Assembly: GCA_000002435.2 (NCBI GenBank)
Contig: CM018793.1
Strand: one strand, 5' to 3'
DNA: 64,000 bases
Source of the DNA: Giardia intestinalis
Lineage: Eukaryota
The translations under genes were made by a program, and so were the position numbers. The notes below the pieces were generated by a model. That model ran no database searches, was not told the DNA's origin, and saw only the letters and a program-made list of their open reading frames with translations. Shown in pieces: positions 41,801 through 49,924 of this stretch. Positions within the stretch are counted from its first letter, which is position 1; every line of letters begins with the position of its first letter.

Positions 41801-43463
41801 CAACCAAATGAAGATTGCAAATAAATTTAAAGCATCGAGCCTTGATGAGGTCTTTCGTAAACTCGGCTCTGGGATTACTATGCGGATGTCTGTGAAGCAG
41901 CAGAGTCTTCCGCACGTGCAAGATAATTACTCACTTCCCCCGTGTACCAGCTTTATTTTGTCGGAGTTTGTGGAAGACGTGGACAGGATGGAGAATGCCT
42001 CAGCTGGGTCGGCTTCCTCTAGAAAGAAGTTGCCCAGCAAAAGGAGCTCGGTGTTCCAGCACTTTCCTAGCATAAAGCCGACTTTCAAGACTTCAGATGG
42101 GAAACAATATTCTAACGTTCTAACGGTAGCATTTAAACCGAGTATATATGATAACAACAATACCCTTAGTACTGCTACGTCAACTATATGCTGTGAGTAT
42201 CCAGATGGTTCATATTTAAGAGGACTCGTACAGAGCTTGGCACCGCCTCCTTTCTTCGAAGAAGTCTCGCCGAAAATAACAAAGTCCACGCTCTGCATAA
42301 CGGATTTATATGCATCCCATTCATTTGAGACAATTGTCGAACAGTCAAAGCAACTGTCTGGAGGCAATGTAGTTACTCATAAAGATGCTATGCATCAGAG
42401 GATCGAAAGCACTAGTCAGACCCTTTTTGGCGCCGAGAACAGTCTATCAAAATCTCAGACCAGTTTCAGTTTTGGTGTACCCATTCAGAAACATACTAGC
42501 CAGCCGCAGATGATAAACGAATCCACTCAGCAGAAGAGCGCCTGGCCAGAAGCAAAGCCATTTACATTTGTAGCACCAATAAAGTCAGAAGTGCAGTCAG
42601 AAAAACCACTGTTCTCGTTTGGACCAAAACTAGAACCTAGTAACTCTGTCCAGGCAGAAAAGTCGCCCGATGATAAATTGGAACCAGCTCAGAATAGGGA
42701 CGCAGCAGATATGACTCTACCGGTCCCCCATCCAGTACCATTATCAGTATCAACGGACACAACACACGAAGAGCAGAAAACATCAATATCTGACTCTAAA
42801 CCTGCAAGCGAAGCTCGTGAAAATATCAAAGATGAATCTACCAGCGAGACAGCAAGTGGTAGCAAGGCACTGTCATCTGGGTTTAATTTTAATGTTCTAA
42901 AACCCATCATAGCACAGGATGCAGGAAATAAATCAAAGAGTTGCGAATCTAGCTTCCAGCCAACCGCGCCTACTAAGACAGCTGGCAGTACTTCTAGTTT
43001 GTCCGAAGTATTTAATAACTTCACCAAGACCACCAAGACTGAACCAAATGGCAATAATGTACTTCAACCTAGTCCTAGTCAGCCAGCTGCAAATTCATTT
43101 GCTTTTGGTGTACCAAAAGAACCGCCTGAGAGTAATGTGGTGAGTACAGTGACTACTTTTGGCACTGGATTTGGCACCAGCACTAATTTTGGCTTTGATA
43201 CAGTAACTATCAATCCAACTCCCAACGTCGGAGCCCAGATGACAACACCGGTTACTACTTTCCAAAATTCCTTTTCATTTCAGGGAGTATTTGGTCAAGG
43301 ATCACAACAGACAGCACCAACCGCTAAAATGTTTAATCCTCCTTCCTCTGGCACAACAACTAATTCAGTTTTTGGCAATGTGGGATTTCCAGGGACCTCT
43401 AATCCATTTGGATCTGGCACGGCACCAATAAGCTTTAACTTTGGCGGCGTGGCGAACAAATAG
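38877..43463 (+). CDS. Large protein with C-terminal FG/FxFG/GFG repeats; candidate FG-nucleoporin
   Basis: The track start 38859 is TTG. The first ATG is 38877, with an AT-rich context. The C-terminal roughly 330 aa contain SFSFGVP, PLFSFGP, GFNFNV, SFAFGVP, TFGTGFGTSTNFGFD, SFSFQGVFGQG, VFGNVGFPG, PFGSGTAPISFNFGG in a Ser/Thr/Asn/Gln-rich background. Confidence 0.6.
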   Translation: MENEKPGRCRFYPLTSIVWDTDTGISATTPVDDTTYPELLFSCTGRHLVMGPANGRDFLSVSLDNLALEENISIKARGERVLSFEGRTEAGITGILAVPNGHVLCWEEDHALREYHLAFESDNKTVLLAELATDVQQLYALPHPILLTLDPPGDDTVCKPQEMLCLGTYITDTCLTAIILIDNAQLAFCKIAALDDYIKHGTAPTLTSCVTSSRRLVFGVFQSPETLLIVEADDLSTPQIYDVSQVFDDNLLDEGTSYADPKEVVLLGLFDGKFAILASYTSDYDTVVAIYNIFDKKLEFSTVVKQYVVGCTVTPYCPGPYDFFFNMLFLNMSDIVSLDFFYFSYAARDNYNAILERLDSYMSKEGHSTNHFINVLVKSCEEFFQSLKVSGDYAHTFIPLLSGSELFGMVPSARFSRVPCLPEVDQSIFFSPQNIVLSTPVISSASAIADNPSIPGINHKEDLIKQKIITMGDTIDWSYSTNACEIKDKIKELVTNSCTEYNLSVTLSELPPFHLDSPNCGYDKIYANLVFAHLGGTNQMTVYVETVSRVYISDFLPLYILQFDIRNSQDGSSCISSLKVPQNEETTALETATLLDDTLLTDYPTDMLGLAISDEPPLMEVSEKKPSNAHEQPLICASIEAHSSPKTGSAEPAPLHQGESKFSPSGSLKNDLNYLEAELDTQINKKIDEAKEKYAQALSSLITAYAVKGELTLFLDSILPDYFATSPSYLSVMKQLNQLRGVHIMLESRTVDGCSLSTNFLRNLYAMKSQNAFPSLTPMFGADSLTFSTAIIKDINGLLCYRLSSPLLPSHASSEETTIGIHHFCDVMDTVLSAYEHQLDVFQLGYRLYWNMDESLKLLNSKEPCTEHFNNAASSLPTSTIQPDSTLFGTSSSGVRTSRPKANTIDSLDLSNYEDASLEELTLTQNRVSNSGFSSLFNSMNYKSSYTGIAQSYSLDNTNLPLRLTRPLETTYENGNQMKIANKFKASSLDEVFRKLGSGITMRMSVKQQSLPHVQDNYSLPPCTSFILSEFVEDVDRMENASAGSASSRKKLPSKRSSVFQHFPSIKPTFKTSDGKQYSNVLTVAFKPSIYDNNNTLSTATSTICCEYPDGSYLRGLVQSLAPPPFFEEVSPKITKSTLCITDLYASHSFETIVEQSKQLSGGNVVTHKDAMHQRIESTSQTLFGAENSLSKSQTSFSFGVPIQKHTSQPQMINESTQQKSAWPEAKPFTFVAPIKSEVQSEKPLFSFGPKLEPSNSVQAEKSPDDKLEPAQNRDAADMTLPVPHPVPLSVSTDTTHEEQKTSISDSKPASEARENIKDESTSETASGSKALSSGFNFNVLKPIIAQDAGNKSKSCESSFQPTAPTKTAGSTSSLSEVFNNFTKTTKTEPNGNNVLQPSPSQPAANSFAFGVPKEPPESNVVSTVTTFGTGFGTSTNFGFDTVTINPTPNVGAQMTTPVTTFQNSFSFQGVFGQGSQQTAPTAKMFNPPSSGTTTNSVFGNVGFPGTSNPFGSGTAPISFNFGGVANK

Positions 43464-43464
43464 G

Positions 43465-45699
43465 CTACATACCTTCTATTTCCTTGGCATCCCAAAGCTT
43501 CCTTTGGACACACTTCTGTAAGCGCATCTCGGACCGTCCTGTTGACAGGGGCACACGGTCCTCCGGATACTTTCTGGCAGCCAGTCTTGTCTGAAGAAGT
43601 GGTTGCAGGATTGCCTTTGCAGATTCATAGAGGTTCAGTTTGCTATCATTGCTTTTAAGGTTGCTCCTTGTAATTGCCTTCTTCACATTTAATAGCCGAT
43701 GCACGACCTCCTTCTTGTAGGAAGCAGTATCCATGGAACTGAGGGCAGAATATGCGGCAAAGGTTTGCATCCTATCTTGAGGCATGATGATTCTCAGTAT
43801 TGAGGAGAAGTCATCCTCTTGCTTTGGAGGAGATGCGGTTCGCGTAGTCGTATCCTTATACTCTTTTATGTGCTGCTCATAATCCTCCATCGACTTTGCC
43901 TGTTCAAGCTTTTCCAAAAGCTCACTATTGTGAATATAAATAAGGATCTTTTTGTATTTGTTTATGTCATCCTTGGACAGAAAGTTGAACTCGTTTTTGG
44001 CATCATATCTGTTGTCCGGAATAACCACATCGAAGAGTGTTTCGTCGTCAGCCATTTCTATGCTCTTTGTCATCTTCTTTGTGTGTAGCTTAAAGCCTGT
44101 GCTAATGGGTTGCTTTGCAAAACGTTTTCGATCATGGATATGAATGCTATTGATCTGTAGAGAGCTCAGCTGAGGTGTCTCTGACTCTGTGAGAGAAATG
44201 GCAGGGGCAGATTCTGAAAAGGAGCTATCTGTAGGCATTCCTCGCATCACAGCACTGTTCATTATCGTCAAATCGCTATCATCAGAACCCCCCTCTGCGT
44301 CTTCACGAAGCTGTGCCACTCTGTTGGAGTGACGAGACTTAAGTAATTGGGAGTTGATCATGGGATTCTGAGAACGAGCTATGTCAGTAAGGCTCTTTAG
44401 ATTCCCACTACTTATGAGGTTTCGTGCCAGCGAGGCATTTTCTGCACTCTTTTCTGAAATTTCGGCGGTTAGTTCTTTGATAATACGATCACTGAGGCCA
44501 CTATTCGGAGTGGCCAACTGGTCTCTTAGCGCTTTCTCGTGACGCCGCAAACACCTCCATGCTCGCTTCTTCCCGTGGTCAAGCGCTGAACCGAGCGGTT
44601 CAGTAATAGGTGGGGCTTCTTCAAGATGCTTGCAAAGTGGTTGTTGAGTTGAGTTACTAACAGGCTGATGAGGTAGAGGTGCAATCCACAAGCTTTTCTT
44701 ACTGGCTGTAGCATGCCCCCGTGCGAGTGCAGTTGCCATTATTTCATTCTTTGCTGAATTGACCGTTGGTGCAGATACAGGGAAATCAGGCTTTTTGGCA
44801 AAGTTGCTAGCACCTTGATAGTTATAGAACTCCTTCCAATCTCTATCTATGGAGCAAACATTACCCCCTTGTCTGTTGCGAACAGATGGAGCGGAGCAGG
44901 CGGAGCTTATGATAGAAACTAATTGATTTTCTCGCACAGAGATGACGTCAGCAATACGGTCTTCTACAGATTTAACACGCTGCTCCGTTTTTTTGCGGCT
45001 ACTGTGTGCTTGGTCCTGAGGCTTCTGCGTAGATGTCTGTTTAGTGTTGTAACTGTCCATAATCAACTTTACATTAGAAACATATGGGTCCTCGTGATAG
45101 AACTTTGCTAGAATAATATCTGGATCTGTGCTCACCTCACCATTAACTTCTGCAGTGTCAATGATCTCTGCCACGCGATTCAGTGTGTGTTTAAGCCTCT
45201 CCTTCTTCTCTGCTGCCTCATCCTCCGATAAATAGGACACCTCATCGGCTGCGTCAGCCGTGGTAGTTGTCTGTTTGATCTCATCTGAAAGAAACTTCTC
45301 AATGTGTTGAGGGAGTGGCCGTGGCTTGTGGATAGCACGCATTGGAGAAGAAGAACCAGCCACTGTCAGATGGGCGCTGCTCCCTGTTTCATACGCGGCT
45401 CTGCCCTCATCGATGATAGACTTTGTTAAGGCATTTCGATGCATCACCTGCCGCCGTTTGATAGCATTTCTCATCTCCTTTAGATCTGCAGCAGTAGCTG
45501 TCTGTTGTGATAAAATAGATGGTCCTGGCTGCTTGCGTGTGAGAGACGCAGTGCTCCCACCAGTCATGCTTCCGTCTACACAGCGCTCGGAATCAGTCAC
45601 TAGTCGAGACAGCTCCTCATATATCCGTAGGTTTTTATCTATTCGTGTAGCTAAACTGTTGAAATAGGTGCTGCGTAAGGCATTCTCTGAAAGAGCCAT
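43465..45699 (-). CDS. hypothetical protein
   Basis: 744-aa ORF. ATG at 45697-45699 (minus) with AT-rich upstream. Its stop lies 1 bp from the convergent upstream gene. Confidence 0.6.
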   Translation of the reverse strand: MALSENALRSTYFNSLATRIDKNLRIYEELSRLVTDSERCVDGSMTGGSTASLTRKQPGPSILSQQTATAADLKEMRNAIKRRQVMHRNALTKSIIDEGRAAYETGSSAHLTVAGSSSPMRAIHKPRPLPQHIEKFLSDEIKQTTTTADAADEVSYLSEDEAAEKKERLKHTLNRVAEIIDTAEVNGEVSTDPDIILAKFYHEDPYVSNVKLIMDSYNTKQTSTQKPQDQAHSSRKKTEQRVKSVEDRIADVISVRENQLVSIISSACSAPSVRNRQGGNVCSIDRDWKEFYNYQGASNFAKKPDFPVSAPTVNSAKNEIMATALARGHATASKKSLWIAPLPHQPVSNSTQQPLCKHLEEAPPITEPLGSALDHGKKRAWRCLRRHEKALRDQLATPNSGLSDRIIKELTAEISEKSAENASLARNLISSGNLKSLTDIARSQNPMINSQLLKSRHSNRVAQLREDAEGGSDDSDLTIMNSAVMRGMPTDSSFSESAPAISLTESETPQLSSLQINSIHIHDRKRFAKQPISTGFKLHTKKMTKSIEMADDETLFDVVIPDNRYDAKNEFNFLSKDDINKYKKILIYIHNSELLEKLEQAKSMEDYEQHIKEYKDTTTRTASPPKQEDDFSSILRIIMPQDRMQTFAAYSALSSMDTASYKKEVVHRLLNVKKAITRSNLKSNDSKLNLYESAKAILQPLLQTRLAARKYPEDRVPLSTGRSEMRLQKCVQRKLWDAKEIEGM

Positions 45700-45819
45700 A
45701 CGTTTTTAAATTTGACCAAAAGCCTTCTTCTCCTGGGGTAAAACAAGGGCAGGAACGAAGGCCACACACCAGCAACACGCCATGCACAGCAAACGCTTAA
45801 ATAAATTCACTTTTGCCCT

Positions 45820-46371
45820 TCATAACTTCACCTTTCGAGTTTCGCCCTCAGACCCTATTCCCAAGTCAACTCTCCGGACAGTACTTTCTCGCGGTCTGAC
45901 AAAGATGATACGTCTTGTGCTGTTTAGTATATCTGGGCGGATAAATGAGCAAATAGCCGTCGCCTTAGAGAGGTTACCAGATGCTCGGAGGAGACACGAT
46001 CCTAGAACGGCAAAATTACACTGCTCGCCATATATCTTCCGAAGAAGCTCTATTCTGACTTCAAACTCTGTCTCGTCGATTCCCAAGACAGCCCAGGGTG
46101 ACTGCCTGAGCGTTTCTGCCCACTTCTCGTCAGGCGTTGCCAGCAGCTTTTCGCCCTCTGTCAAGACGACGCCCACAACGTCTGAAGGCAATAGGAGATC
46201 CTTAGCTGATGAGAACCTGCTCAACATGCTAAACTGGGGGGAGATAGCTAGCGTGTACATCTGCTGAAACTCCCGCTCAATTTGACAAATGTAGTTCTTG
46301 ATGGTTACCTGTGGGTCCGTAACAATAGATACAAAACGAAAGATTCCCAAGACATCGACTACCAGTTTCAT
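45820..46371 (-). CDS. hypothetical protein
   Basis: 183-aa ORF with a more protein-like composition than the overlapping + strand ORF 45782-46267. ATG verified. Divergent from the UAP56 gene. Confidence 0.4.
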   Translation of the reverse strand: MKLVVDVLGIFRFVSIVTDPQVTIKNYICQIEREFQQMYTLAISPQFSMLSRFSSAKDLLLPSDVVGVVLTEGEKLLATPDEKWAETLRQSPWAVLGIDETEFEVRIELLRKIYGEQCNFAVLGSCLLRASGNLSKATAICSFIRPDILNSTRRIIFVRPRESTVRRVDLGIGSEGETRKVKL

Positions 46372-46486
46372 TAGCGCCTATTCTCTGTGCCTCGTGCTTC
46401 AATCCCTGAACAAAAAAGTTTTATCCCTTATGGCGTGCGCTACTTTTGCATTTTTTTGCCATTTCAATAAAGAGTTTTTTAAAAGC

Positions 46487-47851
46487 ATGGCACCAAAGGC
46501 AGACAAGGAAAGCGGAAAGAATGCAGCCGGCGTTTCTTCTAAAGAGTCAGTGCCTCAGAAGTTGGTCAGTAAGGACGATACTGGCGACGAGTTGGCGCTG
46601 CTGGCGGATACAGGAGCTGAAGTGGCGTCTGGAGCGCTTAGACAAGCACGAGCAGGCTCGCCGCGATCTGGTGCCTTGCTCACACGTTTCTCAGATTTTA
46701 ATCTCAGGGAAGAGGTCTTGCAGGCCATCATAAGCAACGGATTCGAGAGCCCTTCAGATGTACAATCAATGGCAATACCCCCTGCTTTGGAGCACAAAGA
46801 TGTGATATGTCAAGCAAAGAGTGGTAAGGGCAAGACAGCCGTTTTTGTACTATCCCTGCTACACATGATAGATCCTCAAGCGGCCCCGCACAAAGTCCAG
46901 GCCCTCGTTCTATGCAACACACATGAGCTTGCAATGCAGATATACAAAGAGTTCACTCGCTTTGCAATCAACCTCCCAGATATTAAAGATAAAATACTTT
47001 GTGCTATTGGAGGTGTTACGGTGAGCCTACACGTCAGGGCTCTAAAGTCTAAGGATGTCTCCATAGCGGTTGGAACCATTGGCCGCGTGAGCGACTTAGT
47101 GGAGAGAGGAGCATTAGACCTCAGCTTCATTAAATATCTGGTGTTAGATGAGTTCGATGCGCTGTTCAAAGAAGAAGATAACTTCAAGAAGATTGCCGGA
47201 TTGATCTCTAAAATGCCCGCCACACACCAAACATTGCTCTTCACTGCTACCTTCACCGAGCACTCTGAGAAATTCGCCCGCTCCATCCTCAGGGATGGGT
47301 ACGTGGCAATCCTGGTTGACGATAAGCAGTTAGTTCTTACAGGGTTGATGCAGTACTACTTCAACGCCCCTGAGGAGAAGAAGCTTCATATTCTTCTTGA
47401 TTGTCTAAGGCTCTTGCCGTTTTCGCAAGCAGTTATCTTTGCAAGGGACATCTCGCGTGTCACAGCTCTAAATGAGTTCCTCAAGGAAGAAGGCCACGAG
47501 TGTGTGTGCTTCTTCGGAAAAATGCACCACAAGAAGCGAGAGGAGGTCTTCCAGGGGTTCAAAGATAAGAAGGCGCGGATCCTTGTCTCGACCGACATCT
47601 TCCAGCGTGGTGTTGACTTCGCCAATGTGAACCTGGTCATCCACTATGATATGCCGGACTCATCCGACGCATATCTTCACAGATCAGGGAGAGCCGGGCG
47701 TTTTGAAACCGCGGGGATGGTCTTGTTGTTTGTCGGGACTGCCGAAGAGTCGGAAATGTTGTCACAGATTCAAGGCCGTTTCGCCACCTCCATCCCTCAG
47801 GTGAAGTCCCCAGAGGAAATTGATGTCAAGGCGGCCTTCACTGGGAAGTAA
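46487..47851 (+). CDS. DExD-box RNA helicase UAP56/Sub2 (DDX39B) ortholog
   Basis: CQAKSGKGKTAVFVLSLL aligns to UAP56 CQAKSGMGKTAVFVLATL. Also LVLDEFD (a DEFD variant of DECD), LQQYYF-like GLMQYYF, ILVSTDIFQRGVDF and YLHRSGRAGRFETAG. The real start is MAPKADKES at 46487 (atttcaataaagagttttttaaaagcATG). The track's 46298 start is an upstream extension. Confidence 0.9.
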   Translation: MAPKADKESGKNAAGVSSKESVPQKLVSKDDTGDELALLADTGAEVASGALRQARAGSPRSGALLTRFSDFNLREEVLQAIISNGFESPSDVQSMAIPPALEHKDVICQAKSGKGKTAVFVLSLLHMIDPQAAPHKVQALVLCNTHELAMQIYKEFTRFAINLPDIKDKILCAIGGVTVSLHVRALKSKDVSIAVGTIGRVSDLVERGALDLSFIKYLVLDEFDALFKEEDNFKKIAGLISKMPATHQTLLFTATFTEHSEKFARSILRDGYVAILVDDKQLVLTGLMQYYFNAPEEKKLHILLDCLRLLPFSQAVIFARDISRVTALNEFLKEEGHECVCFFGKMHHKKREEVFQGFKDKKARILVSTDIFQRGVDFANVNLVIHYDMPDSSDAYLHRSGRAGRFETAGMVLLFVGTAEESEMLSQIQGRFATSIPQVKSPEEIDVKAAFTGK

Positions 47852-47897
47852 AAAGACTCTCACTTTAATCGTTTTGTTTGATGTTGAAAAAAATTCC

Positions 47898-49901
47898 ATG
47901 GCTGACAAGACTGATAAGCCAAGAACGTACGTTCCGCCATCCCAGCGCAGTAGGATGCAGTCAGATAGCTTCTCCAGCGTATCGGATCTCAACTCGAGTC
48001 CCGGCCTCAAGTTATCTATTAGCACTCCTAGCATATCAACGGAGGTGATGAATCCCAATGCCCCCTTTGTGAGTGTCAGTGGCCAGACAAAGGTAAAGCA
48101 AGAATATCAGGGGCAAGAAAACGGGTATGAAGACGGTACTCGCTCCGTTACCCTAGGTGCTCGATCTTTTGATGTCCTTCTCAACCCGTCGACCTCCGGC
48201 TCCAATCTTACTGTTAGGCATATAAAATCCCAACAAAGGTTGTCAGATAAGCTCGACATGCTAATTCCACCTCCAGAGATAATTCTCTTCAAGCGCAGCG
48301 CGGAAAACAAGATGATAATCGACTATAACTCCATGGAGCCAGCCAATATAAAGATCGAGTATCCACAACTGGAAGGGAAGAATAAGGGGGTAAATAAAGG
48401 CAACTTTAGAGACCTGGACTTCAAAGACTTCTCTTCGGAGACCCTTCAGAAGCTTGGCTTTCCTCAAGACTTGATCAGGAACGTTGGAAAGCTCCGCTAT
48501 ACACAGCCGACGCCCATCCAAGAAAATGCGATCCCCCTTGTGCTGTCTTCTATGGACCTTTTAGCAACGTCCCAGACAGGCTCTGGAAAAACGTTTTCCT
48601 TCTTATCTCCCATCATTGCACAGCTCATTAGTAGTCGTGCAAAGGATGCTATCTCGGACGATGATAAGAATATGGAACAATCCATGTCTTTTCCTTTGGC
48701 TGTTATCCTGTCCCCAACTAGGGAGCTCACCCAACAGATTGCATTCATGTGCTACCAGCTCACCTTCAAGACCAACCTTATTGTGAGGCTTGTTTATGGG
48801 GGTGAGGGGGCTAGGGAGCAGAGAGGCCTATTAAAGAAGGGCTGCGACATTGTGATAGCAACACCTGGTCGCCTCAAAGATTTCCTCGAGAGGAGGTGTC
48901 TTAGCTTAAAATATGTTCGTGTCATGGTGCTAGACGAGGCAGATAAAATGCTCGATATGGGATTCGAACCTCAAATCCGCGATCTTGTATACAAGTTTGA
49001 TATGCCTGGTAATGGACCTAACGGCAATCGGCAAACCCTTATGTTTAGCGCTACCTTTGGGACCGGGGTTCAGGCCATGGCCAAGCGATATCTCCACAAT
49101 GAAGCCCGCATACACGTTGGGCAAATAGGTAGCACAACTACGATGATAAAGCAGCAATTTGAATACTTTGCCGAAACAGCTATAAAGTCAGTGGACAAAC
49201 GCATTGATAAACTAATACATATCTTGAAGAGCCCCGGTTCTATCCCTACGGCCTCATTTCTTACTCTGATATTTGTAGAAACAAAGAAGGATATCGGGTA
49301 TATCATAACAAAGCTCCTCAATGCTGGCCTGAGGGTGTGCGAGATGCATGGGGATCTTGAGCAGCGCGAGAGGCAGAACAATCTCAAGAGCTTCAAGGAC
49401 GGAAAGACTCCCGTTCTCGTTGCTACTGACGTAGCCCAGCGTGGCATCGACATAGGAGCAATCCGACACGTCATTAATTTCGATTTTCCAAAAGATATAG
49501 ATACATATATACATCGCATTGGTAGAACGGGACGCGCTGGGGCAGAGGGGCTTGCTACATCTTTTATTCTTCTCGACACACCCCACTACATATTGAGGGA
49601 CCTGAAGAATATCCTTCTGCAATCCAAGCAACCGTTGCCAAAGTTCCTTCAGGACAGCATGCCAAGCAAGTACGGGCAGGTGAGTGGTAGGGTGAGATCC
49701 AGGGAATATGAGTCTGTGAAAAAAGGTGCACGGATTGACTCTGATGAAGATTTGTCCGACTCAAGTGATTGTGCTGAACAGCTCCACTCGCGGTCTAGTC
49801 GTCATACAGGAGCCTCCGAAGCTGTGACTCCGGCTAAAACCCCAGCCAAACCGTCAGCCTCTATAAACGACACGAAAGAACCCGCTGAACGTTGGGATTA
49901 A
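47898..49901 (+). CDS. DEAD-box RNA helicase, Ded1/DDX3/Vasa family
   Basis: TSQTGSGKT, PTRELTQQI, TPGRL, VLDEADKMLDMGFEPQIR, MFSATF, HGDLEQRER...LVATDVAQRGIDI, INFDFPKDIDTYIHRIGRTGRAG. The real ATG is 47898 (MADKTDK), with an AT-rich context. Confidence 0.9.
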   Translation: MADKTDKPRTYVPPSQRSRMQSDSFSSVSDLNSSPGLKLSISTPSISTEVMNPNAPFVSVSGQTKVKQEYQGQENGYEDGTRSVTLGARSFDVLLNPSTSGSNLTVRHIKSQQRLSDKLDMLIPPPEIILFKRSAENKMIIDYNSMEPANIKIEYPQLEGKNKGVNKGNFRDLDFKDFSSETLQKLGFPQDLIRNVGKLRYTQPTPIQENAIPLVLSSMDLLATSQTGSGKTFSFLSPIIAQLISSRAKDAISDDDKNMEQSMSFPLAVILSPTRELTQQIAFMCYQLTFKTNLIVRLVYGGEGAREQRGLLKKGCDIVIATPGRLKDFLERRCLSLKYVRVMVLDEADKMLDMGFEPQIRDLVYKFDMPGNGPNGNRQTLMFSATFGTGVQAMAKRYLHNEARIHVGQIGSTTTMIKQQFEYFAETAIKSVDKRIDKLIHILKSPGSIPTASFLTLIFVETKKDIGYIITKLLNAGLRVCEMHGDLEQRERQNNLKSFKDGKTPVLVATDVAQRGIDIGAIRHVINFDFPKDIDTYIHRIGRTGRAGAEGLATSFILLDTPHYILRDLKNILLQSKQPLPKFLQDSMPSKYGQVSGRVRSREYESVKKGARIDSDEDLSDSSDCAEQLHSRSSRHTGASEAVTPAKTPAKPSASINDTKEPAERWD

Positions 49902-49924
49902 AAGTAAATAGAATTTCAAAAAAA

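Noticed and set aside
45782-46267. 161-aa + strand ORF
   Set aside because: It overlaps almost completely with the minus-strand 183-aa ORF (45820-46371), which has a more protein-like composition and a verified ATG. Only one of the two can be real, and the call is low confidence either way.
48955-48975. tRNA-like GGATTCGAACC motif
   Set aside because: It lies inside the Ded1/DDX3-like helicase CDS (codons for MGFEPQIRD). There is no cloverleaf context.
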